Assembly (NCBI GenBank): GCA_963804635.1
Contig: CAWDRK010000044.1
Span: 150,131 to 214,130, forward strand
Length of the DNA: 64,000 nt
Direction: 5' to 3'
Source of the DNA: Candidatus Acidiferrales bacterium
GTDB taxonomy: Bacteria; Acidobacteriota; Terriglobia; Acidiferrales; UBA7541
This document shows positions 41,552 through 51,008 of this stretch, one piece after another. Made by a program: the position numbers and the translations under genes. The notes beneath the pieces were generated by a model. It did no database searches. It had not been told where the DNA came from and was given only the letters and a program-made list of their open reading frames with translations. The first letter of the stretch is position 1. Each line of letters begins with the position of its first letter.

Positions 41552-42679
41552 ATGCCCGTACCAATCTCACAAGCGTGGACGGTGGCGAGTTACGTCCTGA
41601 AGCAGAAGATTAAGGGACGCAAGCAGTATCCACTGGTGTTGATGCTCGAGCCGCTATACCGCTGCAATCTGGCCTGCGCAGGCTGCGGAAAGATTCAGTA
41701 TCCGGCGCACGTGCTGAAGCAGGAACTTTCGCCGGAGGAATGCTTCAAGGCTGTGGCTGAGTGCGGCACGCCGATGGTGTCGATTCCGGGCGGCGAGCCG
41801 CTGATGCATTCGCAGATCGAGAAGATTGTCGCAGGGCTGGTAGCGCGCAAGAAATACATCTACCTGTGCACCAACGCGCTGCTGTTGAAAGAAAAGCTGC
41901 ACCTTTTCGAGCCTAGCAAATACCTGACATTTTCCGTGCATCTGGATGGGCAGAAGGAACACCACGATTTCTCGGTATGCCGCGAAGGCGGGTATGAACT
42001 GGCCGTCGAAGGCGTGAAAGAGGCGTTGCAGCGCGGATTCCGCGTTACCACCAACACAACGCTGTTTGACGGCGCAGATCCCAGAAGCGTGCGCGCTTTC
42101 TTCGACGAAATGATGGAACTGGGCGTCGAAGGCATGATGCTCTCCCCGGGCTATTCCTACGACAAGGCGCCGGACCAGAAGCATTTCCTGGGGCGCGCAA
42201 GGACGCGGCGCTTGTTTCGTGCGATCCTGGCGAACCGCAAGCCCACCTGGCAATTCAATCAGTCCATGCTGTTTCTTGAATTCCTGATGGGGAAGCGCGA
42301 TTTCAAGTGCACCCCGTGGGGCATGCCTACGTATTCAATCTTCGGCTGGCAGAAGCCTTGCTACCTGTTGCAGGACGGCTATACAGACTCGTTTGAAGAA
42401 CTGATGTCGACCACAGAGTGGGGCAATTACGGAACGGAGTCCGGCAATCCGAAGTGCGCGAACTGCATGGTGCACAGCGGCTACGAAGCCTCCGGAGTAG
42501 ACTACACGTTCAGTTCGCTCAAGGGATTGTGGGCCGCGGCCAAGGCCACCCTATTCACGCGGAATCAGGATGACGAGGCCCTGCTGATGTTGAACGAGCC
42601 TGTCTCACCAGTGCACTCTTACAACCCGCTGGTGCAGATCGACTCGAAATCCTCGAAGCTGGAAGAGACTCGAGCATGA
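41552..42679 (+). CDS. hpnH: Adenosyl-hopene transferase (radical SAM)
   Basis: YPLVLMLEPLYRCNLACAGCGKI, CTPWG, PCYL, CANCMVHSGYE. Confidence 0.95.
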   Translation: MPVPISQAWTVASYVLKQKIKGRKQYPLVLMLEPLYRCNLACAGCGKIQYPAHVLKQELSPEECFKAVAECGTPMVSIPGGEPLMHSQIEKIVAGLVARKKYIYLCTNALLLKEKLHLFEPSKYLTFSVHLDGQKEHHDFSVCREGGYELAVEGVKEALQRGFRVTTNTTLFDGADPRSVRAFFDEMMELGVEGMMLSPGYSYDKAPDQKHFLGRARTRRLFRAILANRKPTWQFNQSMLFLEFLMGKRDFKCTPWGMPTYSIFGWQKPCYLLQDGYTDSFEELMSTTEWGNYGTESGNPKCANCMVHSGYEASGVDYTFSSLKGLWAAAKATLFTRNQDDEALLMLNEPVSPVHSYNPLVQIDSKSSKLEETRA

Positions 42680-43116
42680 CGGGACCGCGCCATGCCGACC
42701 GCCCGGAGCACACCGTGAACCCCGATGAACTGGAAGTGGCGCCGGGGTTCGTCCACGAGACGCTGCAAGGGTGGATTCCGGAGCTGGCCAGCGAGGACGA
42801 ACTGCGCGAGGCGCTAGAGAAGGCCTTCGATTACCGCGGCGACGTGACGATTACCGGGAAAGATGGGTCCAAACTAGAGGGCTATATCTTTGATCGTGTC
42901 AGCGGCACAACGCTGGGCACGTCTTATGTGCGCTTGCTGGCTAAAGACTCCAATCAGCGACGGAAGATTGCCTATGCGGAGATTGCGGCACTTGCCTTTT
43001 CGGGTCGCGACACCGCCGCGGGCAAGAGTTGGGAAGCCTGGGTGAAGAAGTATTGGGACAAGAAGGAAGCAGGCGGGGGCAGCCTGAGTTTGCAGCCCGA
43101 ATCACTGGAAGAGTAG
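42676..43116 (+). CDS. Hypothetical protein coupled to hpnH, possible Sm-like/SH3 barrel
   Basis: ATGA overlap with hpnH stop; AFDYRGDVTITGKDGSKLEGYIFD. Confidence 0.75.
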   Translation: MTGPRHADRPEHTVNPDELEVAPGFVHETLQGWIPELASEDELREALEKAFDYRGDVTITGKDGSKLEGYIFDRVSGTTLGTSYVRLLAKDSNQRRKIAYAEIAALAFSGRDTAAGKSWEAWVKKYWDKKEAGGGSLSLQPESLEE

Positions 43117-43299
43117 CAGATTTCGGTTATTAAAAGCAGTTAATGGCCAAAAGCCTCAATAATTCCCATAAATCCAACAAGTTACAATTTACCATAGCAA
43201 GAATCGTGGGCGCACTCCGTGGTGGACAATAAGCCCTTTCTTGTGATAGTGTTAGGTATAGCGTTTGTTGCTCTTGTATTACCTTTTGACTCGTTCAGG

Positions 43300-43332
43300 G
43301 GGCTGCGAGAACAAACTCGCAGCCCTTTTTTT
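43300..43332 (+). terminator. Intrinsic terminator upstream of csp
   Basis: gggctgcgag-aacaaa-ctcgcagccc, perfect 10-bp stem plus T7. Confidence 0.8.
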
Positions 43333-43414
43333 CGGGCTAGAGGCAGTCGGGACGCCCGGGAAACCGGGGGGCCGGACCAAGAGAGGCAAAGCAATTCAAT
43401 ATCGAGGTTTAGCA

Positions 43415-43618
43415 GTGAAGGAACAAGGAACAGTTAAGTGGTTCAATGCTTCGAAGGGTTACGGGTTCATCCAACGTCAGACGGGAGAAGATGTATTCGT
43501 GCACTTCTCCGCAATTCAGCAAGAGGGCTACAAGTCGCTGAATGAAGGTCAAGCGGTGGAGTTTGAAGTCAAGAAGGGCCCGAAAGGCCTTCAGGCGGAG
43601 AACGTCACAAGCCTCTAG
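43415..43618 (+). CDS. cspA: Cold-shock protein
   Basis: GTVKWFN, KGYGFI (RNP1), VFVHF (RNP2); GAGG RBS and GTG start. Confidence 0.95.
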   Translation: MKEQGTVKWFNASKGYGFIQRQTGEDVFVHFSAIQQEGYKSLNEGQAVEFEVKKGPKGLQAENVTSL

Positions 43619-43719
43619 CCTGTGCATTGCAGAGGTCCCCGAGGGGTCGGGGACCTCTCACTTTCAGAAAGAGACGAGTTTAAGACCGAGCGGTTGTTAA
43701 GGAGGAAGTTGTGCAAGTA

Positions 43720-43962
43720 ATGCAGGAAGGCCAAACCATCAAGCATGAGATTTTCGGGATGGGGATCGTACTTTCCTCGGATCCCGAGCGTACCTCGGTC
43801 GATTTCGACGACCATGGCTCCAAGTTGTTCGTGACCAGTCTATTGTCTGCCGAAATCATTGGCGAAGCGCCCGCAACCCCGCCCAAGACGAAGCGCCGCC
43901 GCAAGGCATCTGCCGCAGCAAAGGCCAGCAAAAAGGCCGCCGCCGCCGCTGCCCGTTCTTAA
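43720..43962 (+). CDS. Stand-alone PcrA/UvrD C-terminal Tudor-like domain with Lys/Ala/Arg tail
   Basis: GQTIKHEIFGMGIV..VDF..HGSK; tail KTKRRRKASAAAKASKK; AAGGAGG upstream (alternative start 43711). Confidence 0.65.
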   Translation: MQEGQTIKHEIFGMGIVLSSDPERTSVDFDDHGSKLFVTSLLSAEIIGEAPATPPKTKRRRKASAAAKASKKAAAAAARS

Positions 43963-43987
43963 TTCCAAGTATACCCACCTTAGGTAA

Positions 43988-44018
43988 GTCATCCCGAGCG
44001 CCTGAAAAGGCGCTGGGG
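43988..44018 (+). repeat. Degenerate REP-like family A hairpin between convergent genes
   Basis: gtcatcccgagcgcctgaaaaggcgctgggg. Confidence 0.55.
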
Positions 44019-44118
44019 TGTGTCTAGCCGGCGCGTTCTTTGGGGTAATGTTCCACAGGGAACGCTGCGGCTCTGTGCTTGGGCGATCACCACACACCTT
44101 AAGGCAAATGAACAAGTG

Positions 44119-45039
44119 TCAGCGGACGGCAGATTCGGCCTGATCGAAGGCGTGGTAGGAAGAGCGGACCAGCGGGCCAGACTCCACGTGCTTGAAGCCC
44201 ATCTGTTCACCCAAACGCTTGAATTCGGCGAACTCCTCGGGGTGAACAAATCGGATTACCGGAAGATGATCGCGCGTCGGCTGGAGGTATTGGCCGAGGG
44301 TCAGGAGGTCCGTGCCCTGCGCGGCGAGATGCTGCATGGTGGAAAGAACTTCGTCCTTTTGTTCGCCAAGACCAAGCATCATCCCCGTTTTCGTCGGGAC
44401 GTCGGGATGGGTCTGTTTGGCGCGGCGAAGCAGTTCCAGGGAACGTTCGTACAGCGCGCCTTTGCGTACCTGGCGATAGAGGCGCGGCACGGTTTCCGTG
44501 TTGTGATTGAGGATGTCGGGCTTCACCGCGAGGACCGCATCGAGAGCGTTCCAGTCACCGCGAAAATCAGGGATGAGCACTTCCACCTTGCAGCCGGGAA
44601 GGCGGTTACGTATTTCCTGAATGGTGCGGGCAAAGATACGCGCGCCGCCATCCGGCTGGTCGTCGCGATTCACGCTGGTGACCACCGCGTAGCGCAGACC
44701 CATTCGCGCAGCCGCTTCCGCTACACGCACGGGCTCGTCCTCATCCGGAGGGCCCACCGGCTTGCCCGAGGGCACGGCGCAAAAGCCGCAGGCGCGGGTG
44801 CAAATGTCGCCCAGGATCATGAAGGTCGCGGTGCCGTGTTCCCAACATTCGCCCATATTGGGGCAGCGCGCGGATTCACAGACGGTGTGGAGATCGAGGG
44901 TGCGCATGATGCGCTTCAAATCGTGGTAGCGCTCGCCGCCGAAAAACTTGACGCGCAGCCAATCTGGACGCGGATGGGCGTCGGGCGCAGGCACCGCGGC
45001 CAGGCTGCCGTTGGCGATGATGTTGAAAGGTGAGGCCAT
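44119..45039 (-). CDS. lipA: Lipoyl synthase
   Basis: [39 protein letters not shown]. Confidence 0.96.
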   Translation of the reverse strand: MASPFNIIANGSLAAVPAPDAHPRPDWLRVKFFGGERYHDLKRIMRTLDLHTVCESARCPNMGECWEHGTATFMILGDICTRACGFCAVPSGKPVGPPDEDEPVRVAEAAARMGLRYAVVTSVNRDDQPDGGARIFARTIQEIRNRLPGCKVEVLIPDFRGDWNALDAVLAVKPDILNHNTETVPRLYRQVRKGALYERSLELLRRAKQTHPDVPTKTGMMLGLGEQKDEVLSTMQHLAAQGTDLLTLGQYLQPTRDHLPVIRFVHPEEFAEFKRLGEQMGFKHVESGPLVRSSYHAFDQAESAVR

Positions 45040-45199
45040 TCGCAGAATCCCAAAACGTCAATTTTACGCGGATTGTTGCCTGGTGTCCAAAAGAAGAGAA
45101 AGGAATCCCTCTTTGCAGCGCCCCAAGTCGGGGGAGTGGGCAGCTTCCTGGATATGGACTTTCGCTGCGGTTCGCGCCGGTGATAGCCTAGCAAACGCC

Positions 45200-45733
45200 A
45201 TGTCCGATGAAGCTCGCAAGCTCATGAACCAGGCCGATCGGGCGCGAAGAGAGCACCGCTTGGACGATGCCGAGCGCGATCTAAGCGAGGCAGCGGGCTT
45301 GTGTCGCGCGGATGGAGCGAGAGGCGAACTGGCGCAAGCCCTCAAGAAGCTGGCCCAGATCAAACGGGATTTGGGGCGTGGCGATGCTGCGCGAGCGCTT
45401 TATGAACAGGCCGTCGCCATCTATCGCCAAGAGGGTGGCGGGCCTGAGCTGGCACATACCATGCGACATTTGGGCGACGTTCACCGGCACGCGGGAAACG
45501 CGGAGCTGGCCGAGGATTGCTACCTCGAGGCCCTGGCGCTGTATCGCAGCCAGAAAGCAACTCCGCCTCTGGACTTGGCGAACGCCATTCGTCCGCTGGC
45601 GATACTCAAGGATGATGCCGGCAAAGTCGAAGAAGCCAGACGGCTGTGGGAAGAAGCCAGGGAATTGTACGCGAGCGTGAATGTGGAAGCGGGAGTGGCG
45701 GAAAGTTCTGCGAGGCTCGCGCGCTTGCCATAG
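45200..45733 (+). CDS. Tetratricopeptide repeat protein
   Basis: LA..L..LA...G....A..LYEQA.AIY helical repeats. Confidence 0.8.
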   Translation: MSDEARKLMNQADRARREHRLDDAERDLSEAAGLCRADGARGELAQALKKLAQIKRDLGRGDAARALYEQAVAIYRQEGGGPELAHTMRHLGDVHRHAGNAELAEDCYLEALALYRSQKATPPLDLANAIRPLAILKDDAGKVEEARRLWEEARELYASVNVEAGVAESSARLARLP

Positions 45734-45769
45734 CGGCGCGAATTGGCGGAGTGAGCTTGTAAACCGCGG

Positions 45770-46606
45770 CTACCGGGGCGCTTTCAGTGTCGCTACGCGG
45801 CCTTGCGTAGGGAACTTCTGAAATTCCAGCGCGTCGTGACCGGGAATGACGCGCTCGATGGACCCGGCAAGCTGAATCATGCGTTCCTGGTTTTTGATGT
45901 TCGCGGCGTGATCCGCATCGCTGAACGTGGCGCTGGCCATGTGTGTTTCCAGATTGCGGTAGAGATAGGTATTGTCAGAAGCCAGAACAAAACGCGGTGT
46001 GCCTTCGATTAACAGGTACTGCGATGCGTAGGTGTGGCGCCCGCCGGTGTAGGCGCGGATGCCGGGGAAAATCTCCACGTTATCGCCGTCGATGAGACGC
46101 ACGCGGCCTTCGGTATTCAGGCGAACAAGCGCTTGCACATCCTCCGGATCGATGCCGCCATGGTCGCCGCCCGCTTGCCAGGCCTCGCCGGTGTAATAGC
46201 GGAACTCTTCTTTTTGAATCCAGATGACGGCCTTGGGAAAGAGATCGATGCCACCCATGTGGTCCCAATGGGCGTGGCTCACAACGATGTCGGTGATTTC
46301 CTCAGGCTGGACGCCGGCCAATTTCACGGCTTCGTTGGGCGGAATGTAATTCAGGATGTTCCATTCCTTGAACCAGCGCGGGCGGTGAAAGCCGCTGTCG
46401 AAAAGAATGTTGTGTGCTCCGCCGCGGATCAGCCACATCGCGTAGATGGTGTCGAGTTTCTGGTCCTTCGGTCCGCCCACCAGCAGGTCCGCAAGTGAAT
46501 CTCCCGGCGAGTCGGCGTAGCGAATGGCATAAATAGCGTAGTCGGGACTGGGCGACCGCGAATGGAATCCCCAAAAGAGAGAAAAAAACAGAAACAGGTG
46601 TTTCAT
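45770..46606 (-). CDS. N-acyl-homoserine lactonase-like metallo-beta-lactamase fold protein
   Basis: LFDSG, SHAHWDHMGG, GRHT, ASD, IPGHD; short hydrophobic N-terminus. Confidence 0.85.
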   Translation of the reverse strand: MKHLFLFFSLFWGFHSRSPSPDYAIYAIRYADSPGDSLADLLVGGPKDQKLDTIYAMWLIRGGAHNILFDSGFHRPRWFKEWNILNYIPPNEAVKLAGVQPEEITDIVVSHAHWDHMGGIDLFPKAVIWIQKEEFRYYTGEAWQAGGDHGGIDPEDVQALVRLNTEGRVRLIDGDNVEIFPGIRAYTGGRHTYASQYLLIEGTPRFVLASDNTYLYRNLETHMASATFSDADHAANIKNQERMIQLAGSIERVIPGHDALEFQKFPTQGRVATLKAPR

Positions 46607-46661
46607 GGAGAGACGCGCCTTAAACCGTGCGTGAGCATACTACAGAAGTGGCGTGAATTGA

Positions 46662-46937
46662 CTACAGCGGCTGGCGAGAGGAGCGGACGAAATCGCGCAG
46701 CGTGGTTACGTTGGGACCGTAGGCGCCGATGCGACCCGCGTCCACGGGAAGGCCGAGCTGCTCGGCTTGATCGAGATCGACTCCGGCGTCATCGAGTTCA
46801 GACAAACTGTATCCCGCAGCGGGAGCCACACGATTCATGCCCGCTGGATACACCGGCCGTGGCGGGCGGTGACGCTGCCAAGGGCGGCGCGCCAGCTCGT
46901 AAAACTGTTTCCAATCGCGTTTTTGCCAATTGTTCAT
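46662..46937 (-). CDS. Small protein resembling ribosomal protein eL13 (L13e)
   Basis: GYSLSEL..AGV....A..LGLPVD..R......NV..L..F pattern. Confidence 0.7.
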   Translation of the reverse strand: MNNWQKRDWKQFYELARRPWQRHRPPRPVYPAGMNRVAPAAGYSLSELDDAGVDLDQAEQLGLPVDAGRIGAYGPNVTTLRDFVRSSRQPL

Positions 46938-47427
46938 CGCATGAACACTCTTTGTTGCCCCACCCGTTTGATGCGTTACTTGGAGGAAAGGTCTCTGCCT
47001 GCATAGATCGCATCAGGTCTTGCCGCGCCACGAATACAGCTCAACCAGTTCCTTACATACACTCCAAGCCCTAGGGAGCGAAGGAAAAACTTGGCCTGGT
47101 GTATCAAACACGTCAACCCGCGTAATGTTTCGGTCGCACAATCCGGACCGAACAGCGATGCCAGACGCGGAGACTTGAGCGGAAGGACCGCGAGACCGTG
47201 GGCCGCGGGCTCAATTGGGCCGCATAGTACATCCAAGGAAAAGCAATGGCCAGCGAAAATTAGAGCAGCCTGTGAATAAAGCGGATGCTTGGCAGAGAGG
47301 GCAAAACGCGGACGGGCGGAAGAAAAGCGCATGGCATTCGCGGGCAGGCCACCGGGCGGAAGCGAACCCCAAGCGTAATACTATTCTGGTTAATAGAAGT
47401 GGAGCGAAAACGGGGTAAACGAGAACG

Positions 47428-47820
47428 CTACCAGCGGTTCCCGCGATCGCCGCGGTCTCCGCGGTCGCCGCCACGGCCACCGCCGCCGCGGCCGCCGCGG
47501 TCGCCGCCACGGCCACCGCCGTAACCCCCACCACCACCGGCGCCACGACCACCGCCGCCACCGGAGCGTTCGGTTTGCGGCCGTGCTTCGTTCACCACCA
47601 GGTTCCGGCCCCCGAAGTTCTGACCGTTGAGCGAGGTAATCGCGCGGTCCGCTTCTTCATCGTTGGAAATTTCAATGAACGCGAAACCGCGGGACTGTCC
47701 TGTGAAACGATCGCGAATTAGACTGATTGCCGAGGGATTCACACCAACTTGCCCGAACCATTCCTGCAGCTGTTCTTCCGATGCGTTGAACGGAAGATTG
47801 CCGACGTAAAGCTTCTTCAC
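47428..47820 (-). CDS. RRM RNA-binding protein with Gly/RGG-rich tail
   Basis: KLYVGNL (RNP2), RGFAFI (RNP1), VNEARP, RGG repeats; AAGGAG RBS and GTG start. Confidence 0.93.
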   Translation of the reverse strand: MKKLYVGNLPFNASEEQLQEWFGQVGVNPSAISLIRDRFTGQSRGFAFIEISNDEEADRAITSLNGQNFGGRNLVVNEARPQTERSGGGGGRGAGGGGGYGGGRGGDRGGRGGGGRGGDRGDRGDRGNRW

Positions 47821-48115
47821 TTGCGGACTCCTTCTGCCCGGAACCGAACCTCGAGTTGCGGAGCGCACCGAAGAAACCTTTCCCAGCAACGAGGCAGACC
47901 GGAGGACGTGCCGCAGCGCGGGGGGTGCTGTTCGGTGGTCCCGGAGATGGTCTCGAAAAATGTCCAGATTTGCAACCAAATAAATACCCGAGAAGGGGTA
48001 TGCCCGGTACCCGTCCATTCCGAGTACCCAGCCTCGCCCCAGCCGGGAATTGCTCCTTTCCCGATGGCATTGGTGATAGTATCCGCGGCAACCCGGGCGC
48101 AGCGCGGAGGTCTTA

Positions 48116-49732
48116 ATGCGCGGCACGATGATGGAGTATCCGCTGGTTCTAACGGCTTTTCTCGAGCGCGCCGGCAAACTCTTTCCGAATGTAGAAATCC
48201 TCTCACGCCAACCAGACCGCACCATGATCCGCTCGAACTTTGCCGCATTTTACAAGCGAGCGAGGCAACTGGCGGAGGCACTGACGAAACTGGGGTTGCA
48301 ACCGGGAGACCGGGTAGCAACGATGATGTGGAATCACAGCGGGCACCTGGAAGCTTTCTTCGGTGTGCCGTGCGCCGGGGGAATCCTGCACACGTTGAAT
48401 CTGCGGCTGCACCCTCACGAAATTGCCCATATCGTCAATCATGCGGAAGACCGATTTCTCATCATCGATGACGTGTTGTTGCCTTGGTACGAGAAATTTC
48501 GCGACGACGTGAAGTTCGAGAAGGTGATCGTGGTGCCGTTTGGGTTTGCCGACACGCCCAAGGGCTACACGAATTACGAAGAATTTCTGGCTGGGGCCGG
48601 CGGTAATTTCCAGTATCCAAAGATCGAGGAAAACGACGGCGCCGTGATGTGCTTTACGTCCGGAACCACGGGGTTCTCGAAGGGCGTGGTCTACACGCAC
48701 CGTTCGCTGGTGCTGCACTCGATGTCGGAGGCCATGGTGGACACGTTTTCCTTGAGCCATCACGACACCATCATGCCGCTCGCGCCCATGTTCCACGCCA
48801 ATGCGTGGGGAGTACCCTTCACTGCCGTGCTGACCGGAACGAAGATGGTGTTCATGGGGCCGAATGTGGAGCCGGAGGCGATACTTGATTTGCTGGTGGC
48901 GGAAAAAGTAACGGTGGCCAACGCTGTACCGACAGTGTGGATCAGCGTATTGGAGGCCCTGGAGAAATTTCCGGGGCGCTGGCCGTTCCCAAAACCGGTG
49001 CGCGTGGTGTCCGGGGGAACCGCGCCACCACTGGAACTAATGCGCAAGCTCGACAACTTCGGCATACGCATTCTCCATTTGTGGGGATTGACGGAAACAT
49101 CTCCTCTGGCCACGACCGGACATTTGCGCTCCCACATGCTGGACTGGCCGGTGGAAAAAACCTATGCGATTCGCGCAAAGCAGGGTTGGCCCGTACCGCT
49201 GGTTGATCTTCGCGCCATGCGTCCGGAAGGCGAGGCGCCCTGGGATGGGGAAACGCCGGGTGAGATTGAAATACGAGGACCCTGGGTTGCCAGCGAGTAT
49301 TACAAAGCACCGGACCAGGCGTACAAGTGGAGTGAAGATGGCTGGTTTCGTACCGGAGACGTGGGCACGATTGATGCGGACGGAATCATGAAAGTTGTCG
49401 ACCGCGCAAAAGATCTGGTGAAATCCGGCGGCGAGTGGATCAGCTCCGTGGATCTGGAAAACACATTGATGGGCCATCCCGCGGTGAAGGAAGCCTGTGT
49501 GGTGGGCGTGCCGCATCCGAGATGGCAGGAGCGTCCGTTGGCCGCGGTGGTATTGAAGGATGGAGCGAAGGTGACGGACGAGGAATTGCGGGAATATCTG
49601 GCGCAAAAGGATTTTGCGCGTTGGCAATTGCCCGACGCGTTTGTGTATATGGAATCGATTCCGCGGACGAGCGTGGGAAAATTCAAGAAAATCGCGCTGC
49701 GCGAGCAATTCGCGAATTGGAAATGGGAATAA
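48116..49732 (+). CDS. Medium/long-chain fatty-acid--CoA ligase (AlkK/DmdB-like)
   Basis: FTSGTTGFSKG, MFHANAWG, WGLTET, RTGD, KSGGEWISS, VGKFKK. Confidence 0.92.
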   Translation: MRGTMMEYPLVLTAFLERAGKLFPNVEILSRQPDRTMIRSNFAAFYKRARQLAEALTKLGLQPGDRVATMMWNHSGHLEAFFGVPCAGGILHTLNLRLHPHEIAHIVNHAEDRFLIIDDVLLPWYEKFRDDVKFEKVIVVPFGFADTPKGYTNYEEFLAGAGGNFQYPKIEENDGAVMCFTSGTTGFSKGVVYTHRSLVLHSMSEAMVDTFSLSHHDTIMPLAPMFHANAWGVPFTAVLTGTKMVFMGPNVEPEAILDLLVAEKVTVANAVPTVWISVLEALEKFPGRWPFPKPVRVVSGGTAPPLELMRKLDNFGIRILHLWGLTETSPLATTGHLRSHMLDWPVEKTYAIRAKQGWPVPLVDLRAMRPEGEAPWDGETPGEIEIRGPWVASEYYKAPDQAYKWSEDGWFRTGDVGTIDADGIMKVVDRAKDLVKSGGEWISSVDLENTLMGHPAVKEACVVGVPHPRWQERPLAAVVLKDGAKVTDEELREYLAQKDFARWQLPDAFVYMESIPRTSVGKFKKIALREQFANWKWE

Positions 49733-49767
49733 GATAGCGCAGCGTAGAACAAGGTCGCGCATCCATA

Positions 49768-50934
49768 ATGAAGAACTTCTTTCGGCTGTTCGCAGGGTTG
49801 CTGCTGGGTTTGCTGTTGGTGTTTTTCGGGTTTGCACCCCAGCTGGTCGAGTCCACACTCAATCGGGTTGCCGCGTCACCTTCGAGCCGTGTGTCGCCCC
49901 AGGCGCGGGAGTTGCATGAAGATCTGGAAATCGCGGACTTGCATGCCGATTCGCTGCTGTGGGGAAGAGATTTACTGGAGAAGGCCAGCCGAGGGCACGC
50001 GGATGTCCCGAGATTGCTTGCAGGAAACGTCGCGCTGGAAGTGTTCACGGCGGTGACTAAGACGCCCCGCGGGCTCAATTATGAGAGGAATGAAGGCGAC
50101 TCCGACAATATTTTCTGGCTGGCACTGGCACAGCGCTGGCCGCCGGGAACCTGGAACAGCCTGACCGAGCGCGCCCTGTATCTGGCAAACCGTTTTGCCC
50201 AGACCGCCGCTTCCTCCTCGGGCAAGCTCGTTGCTATCCGGACGGCCGAGGATCTGGCGAGCTACTTGAAGCGGCGAAAGGAGAATCGGCAGATCACCGC
50301 AGGACTTCTGGGAATTGAGGGCGCACAAGCCCTGGACGGAAAGACCGAAAACCTGGAGCCGCTCGTCCAAGCCGGCTATCGCTACATGTCTCTGACGCAT
50401 TTCTTTGACGACGAGTTTGCCGGTTCGTCGGCAGGAGCAAACAAGGGCGGATTGACTCCGCTGGGTCGCGAACTGGTTCGGCAAATGAACGCGCGAGGAA
50501 TGATCATCGATCTGGCGCATGCTTCGCCGCAAACGATTCGCGATGTGCTGGCGGAGTCGAAGCGCCCGGTGATCTATTCCCACGGCGGGCTGCAGGGAAA
50601 CTGCAACAACCGCAGGAACCTGAGCGACGAGCAAGCACGCGGAATCGCGCGTAGTGGCGGGATCATCGGCATTGGTTTTTGGCCCACGGCGGTGTGCGGA
50701 ACCGATGCCAGAGCCATCGCGCGCGCGATCCGCTACGCCGTGCAGCTAGTGGGAATCGAGCACGTGGGGCTGGGATCCGATTTTGACGGCAGCGTTACGG
50801 TGCCCTTTGACGCCGCGCATCTTTCGGAATTGACCGCAGCGCTCCTTGAGGAAGGTTTCAGCGCCGCAGAGATACGAGCGGTAATGGGCGGCAATGCGCT
50901 GCATTTCTTCAGCGAAAACCTCCCGCACCGGTAG
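49768..50934 (+). CDS. Membrane dipeptidase (M19)
   Basis: N-terminal TM, DLHAD, GIEG, IDLAH, YSH, GLGSDFDG. Confidence 0.9.
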   Translation: MKNFFRLFAGLLLGLLLVFFGFAPQLVESTLNRVAASPSSRVSPQARELHEDLEIADLHADSLLWGRDLLEKASRGHADVPRLLAGNVALEVFTAVTKTPRGLNYERNEGDSDNIFWLALAQRWPPGTWNSLTERALYLANRFAQTAASSSGKLVAIRTAEDLASYLKRRKENRQITAGLLGIEGAQALDGKTENLEPLVQAGYRYMSLTHFFDDEFAGSSAGANKGGLTPLGRELVRQMNARGMIIDLAHASPQTIRDVLAESKRPVIYSHGGLQGNCNNRRNLSDEQARGIARSGGIIGIGFWPTAVCGTDARAIARAIRYAVQLVGIEHVGLGSDFDGSVTVPFDAAHLSELTAALLEEGFSAAEIRAVMGGNALHFFSENLPHR

Positions 50935-50948
50935 GGCAACGCGGTTAC

Positions 50949-50975
50949 GATCCTTGGCTGCGCGCAGGATGACAG
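50949..50975 (-). repeat. REP-like family A copy between convergent genes
   Basis: Minus strand ctgtcatcctgcgcgcagccaaggatc. Confidence 0.65.
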
Positions 50976-51008
50976 TTCATTGATCGCAAGGAAATGTCGC
51001 GGTCGCGG

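Noticed and set aside
46940-47427. Structured ncRNA between the eL13-like and RRM genes
   Set aside because: Only short hairpins seen and no family recognised; would need an Rfam/Infernal search
47440-47565. GGC/CGC-rich tandem repeats
   Set aside because: They encode the Gly/RGG tail of the RRM protein; not CRISPR or an independent array
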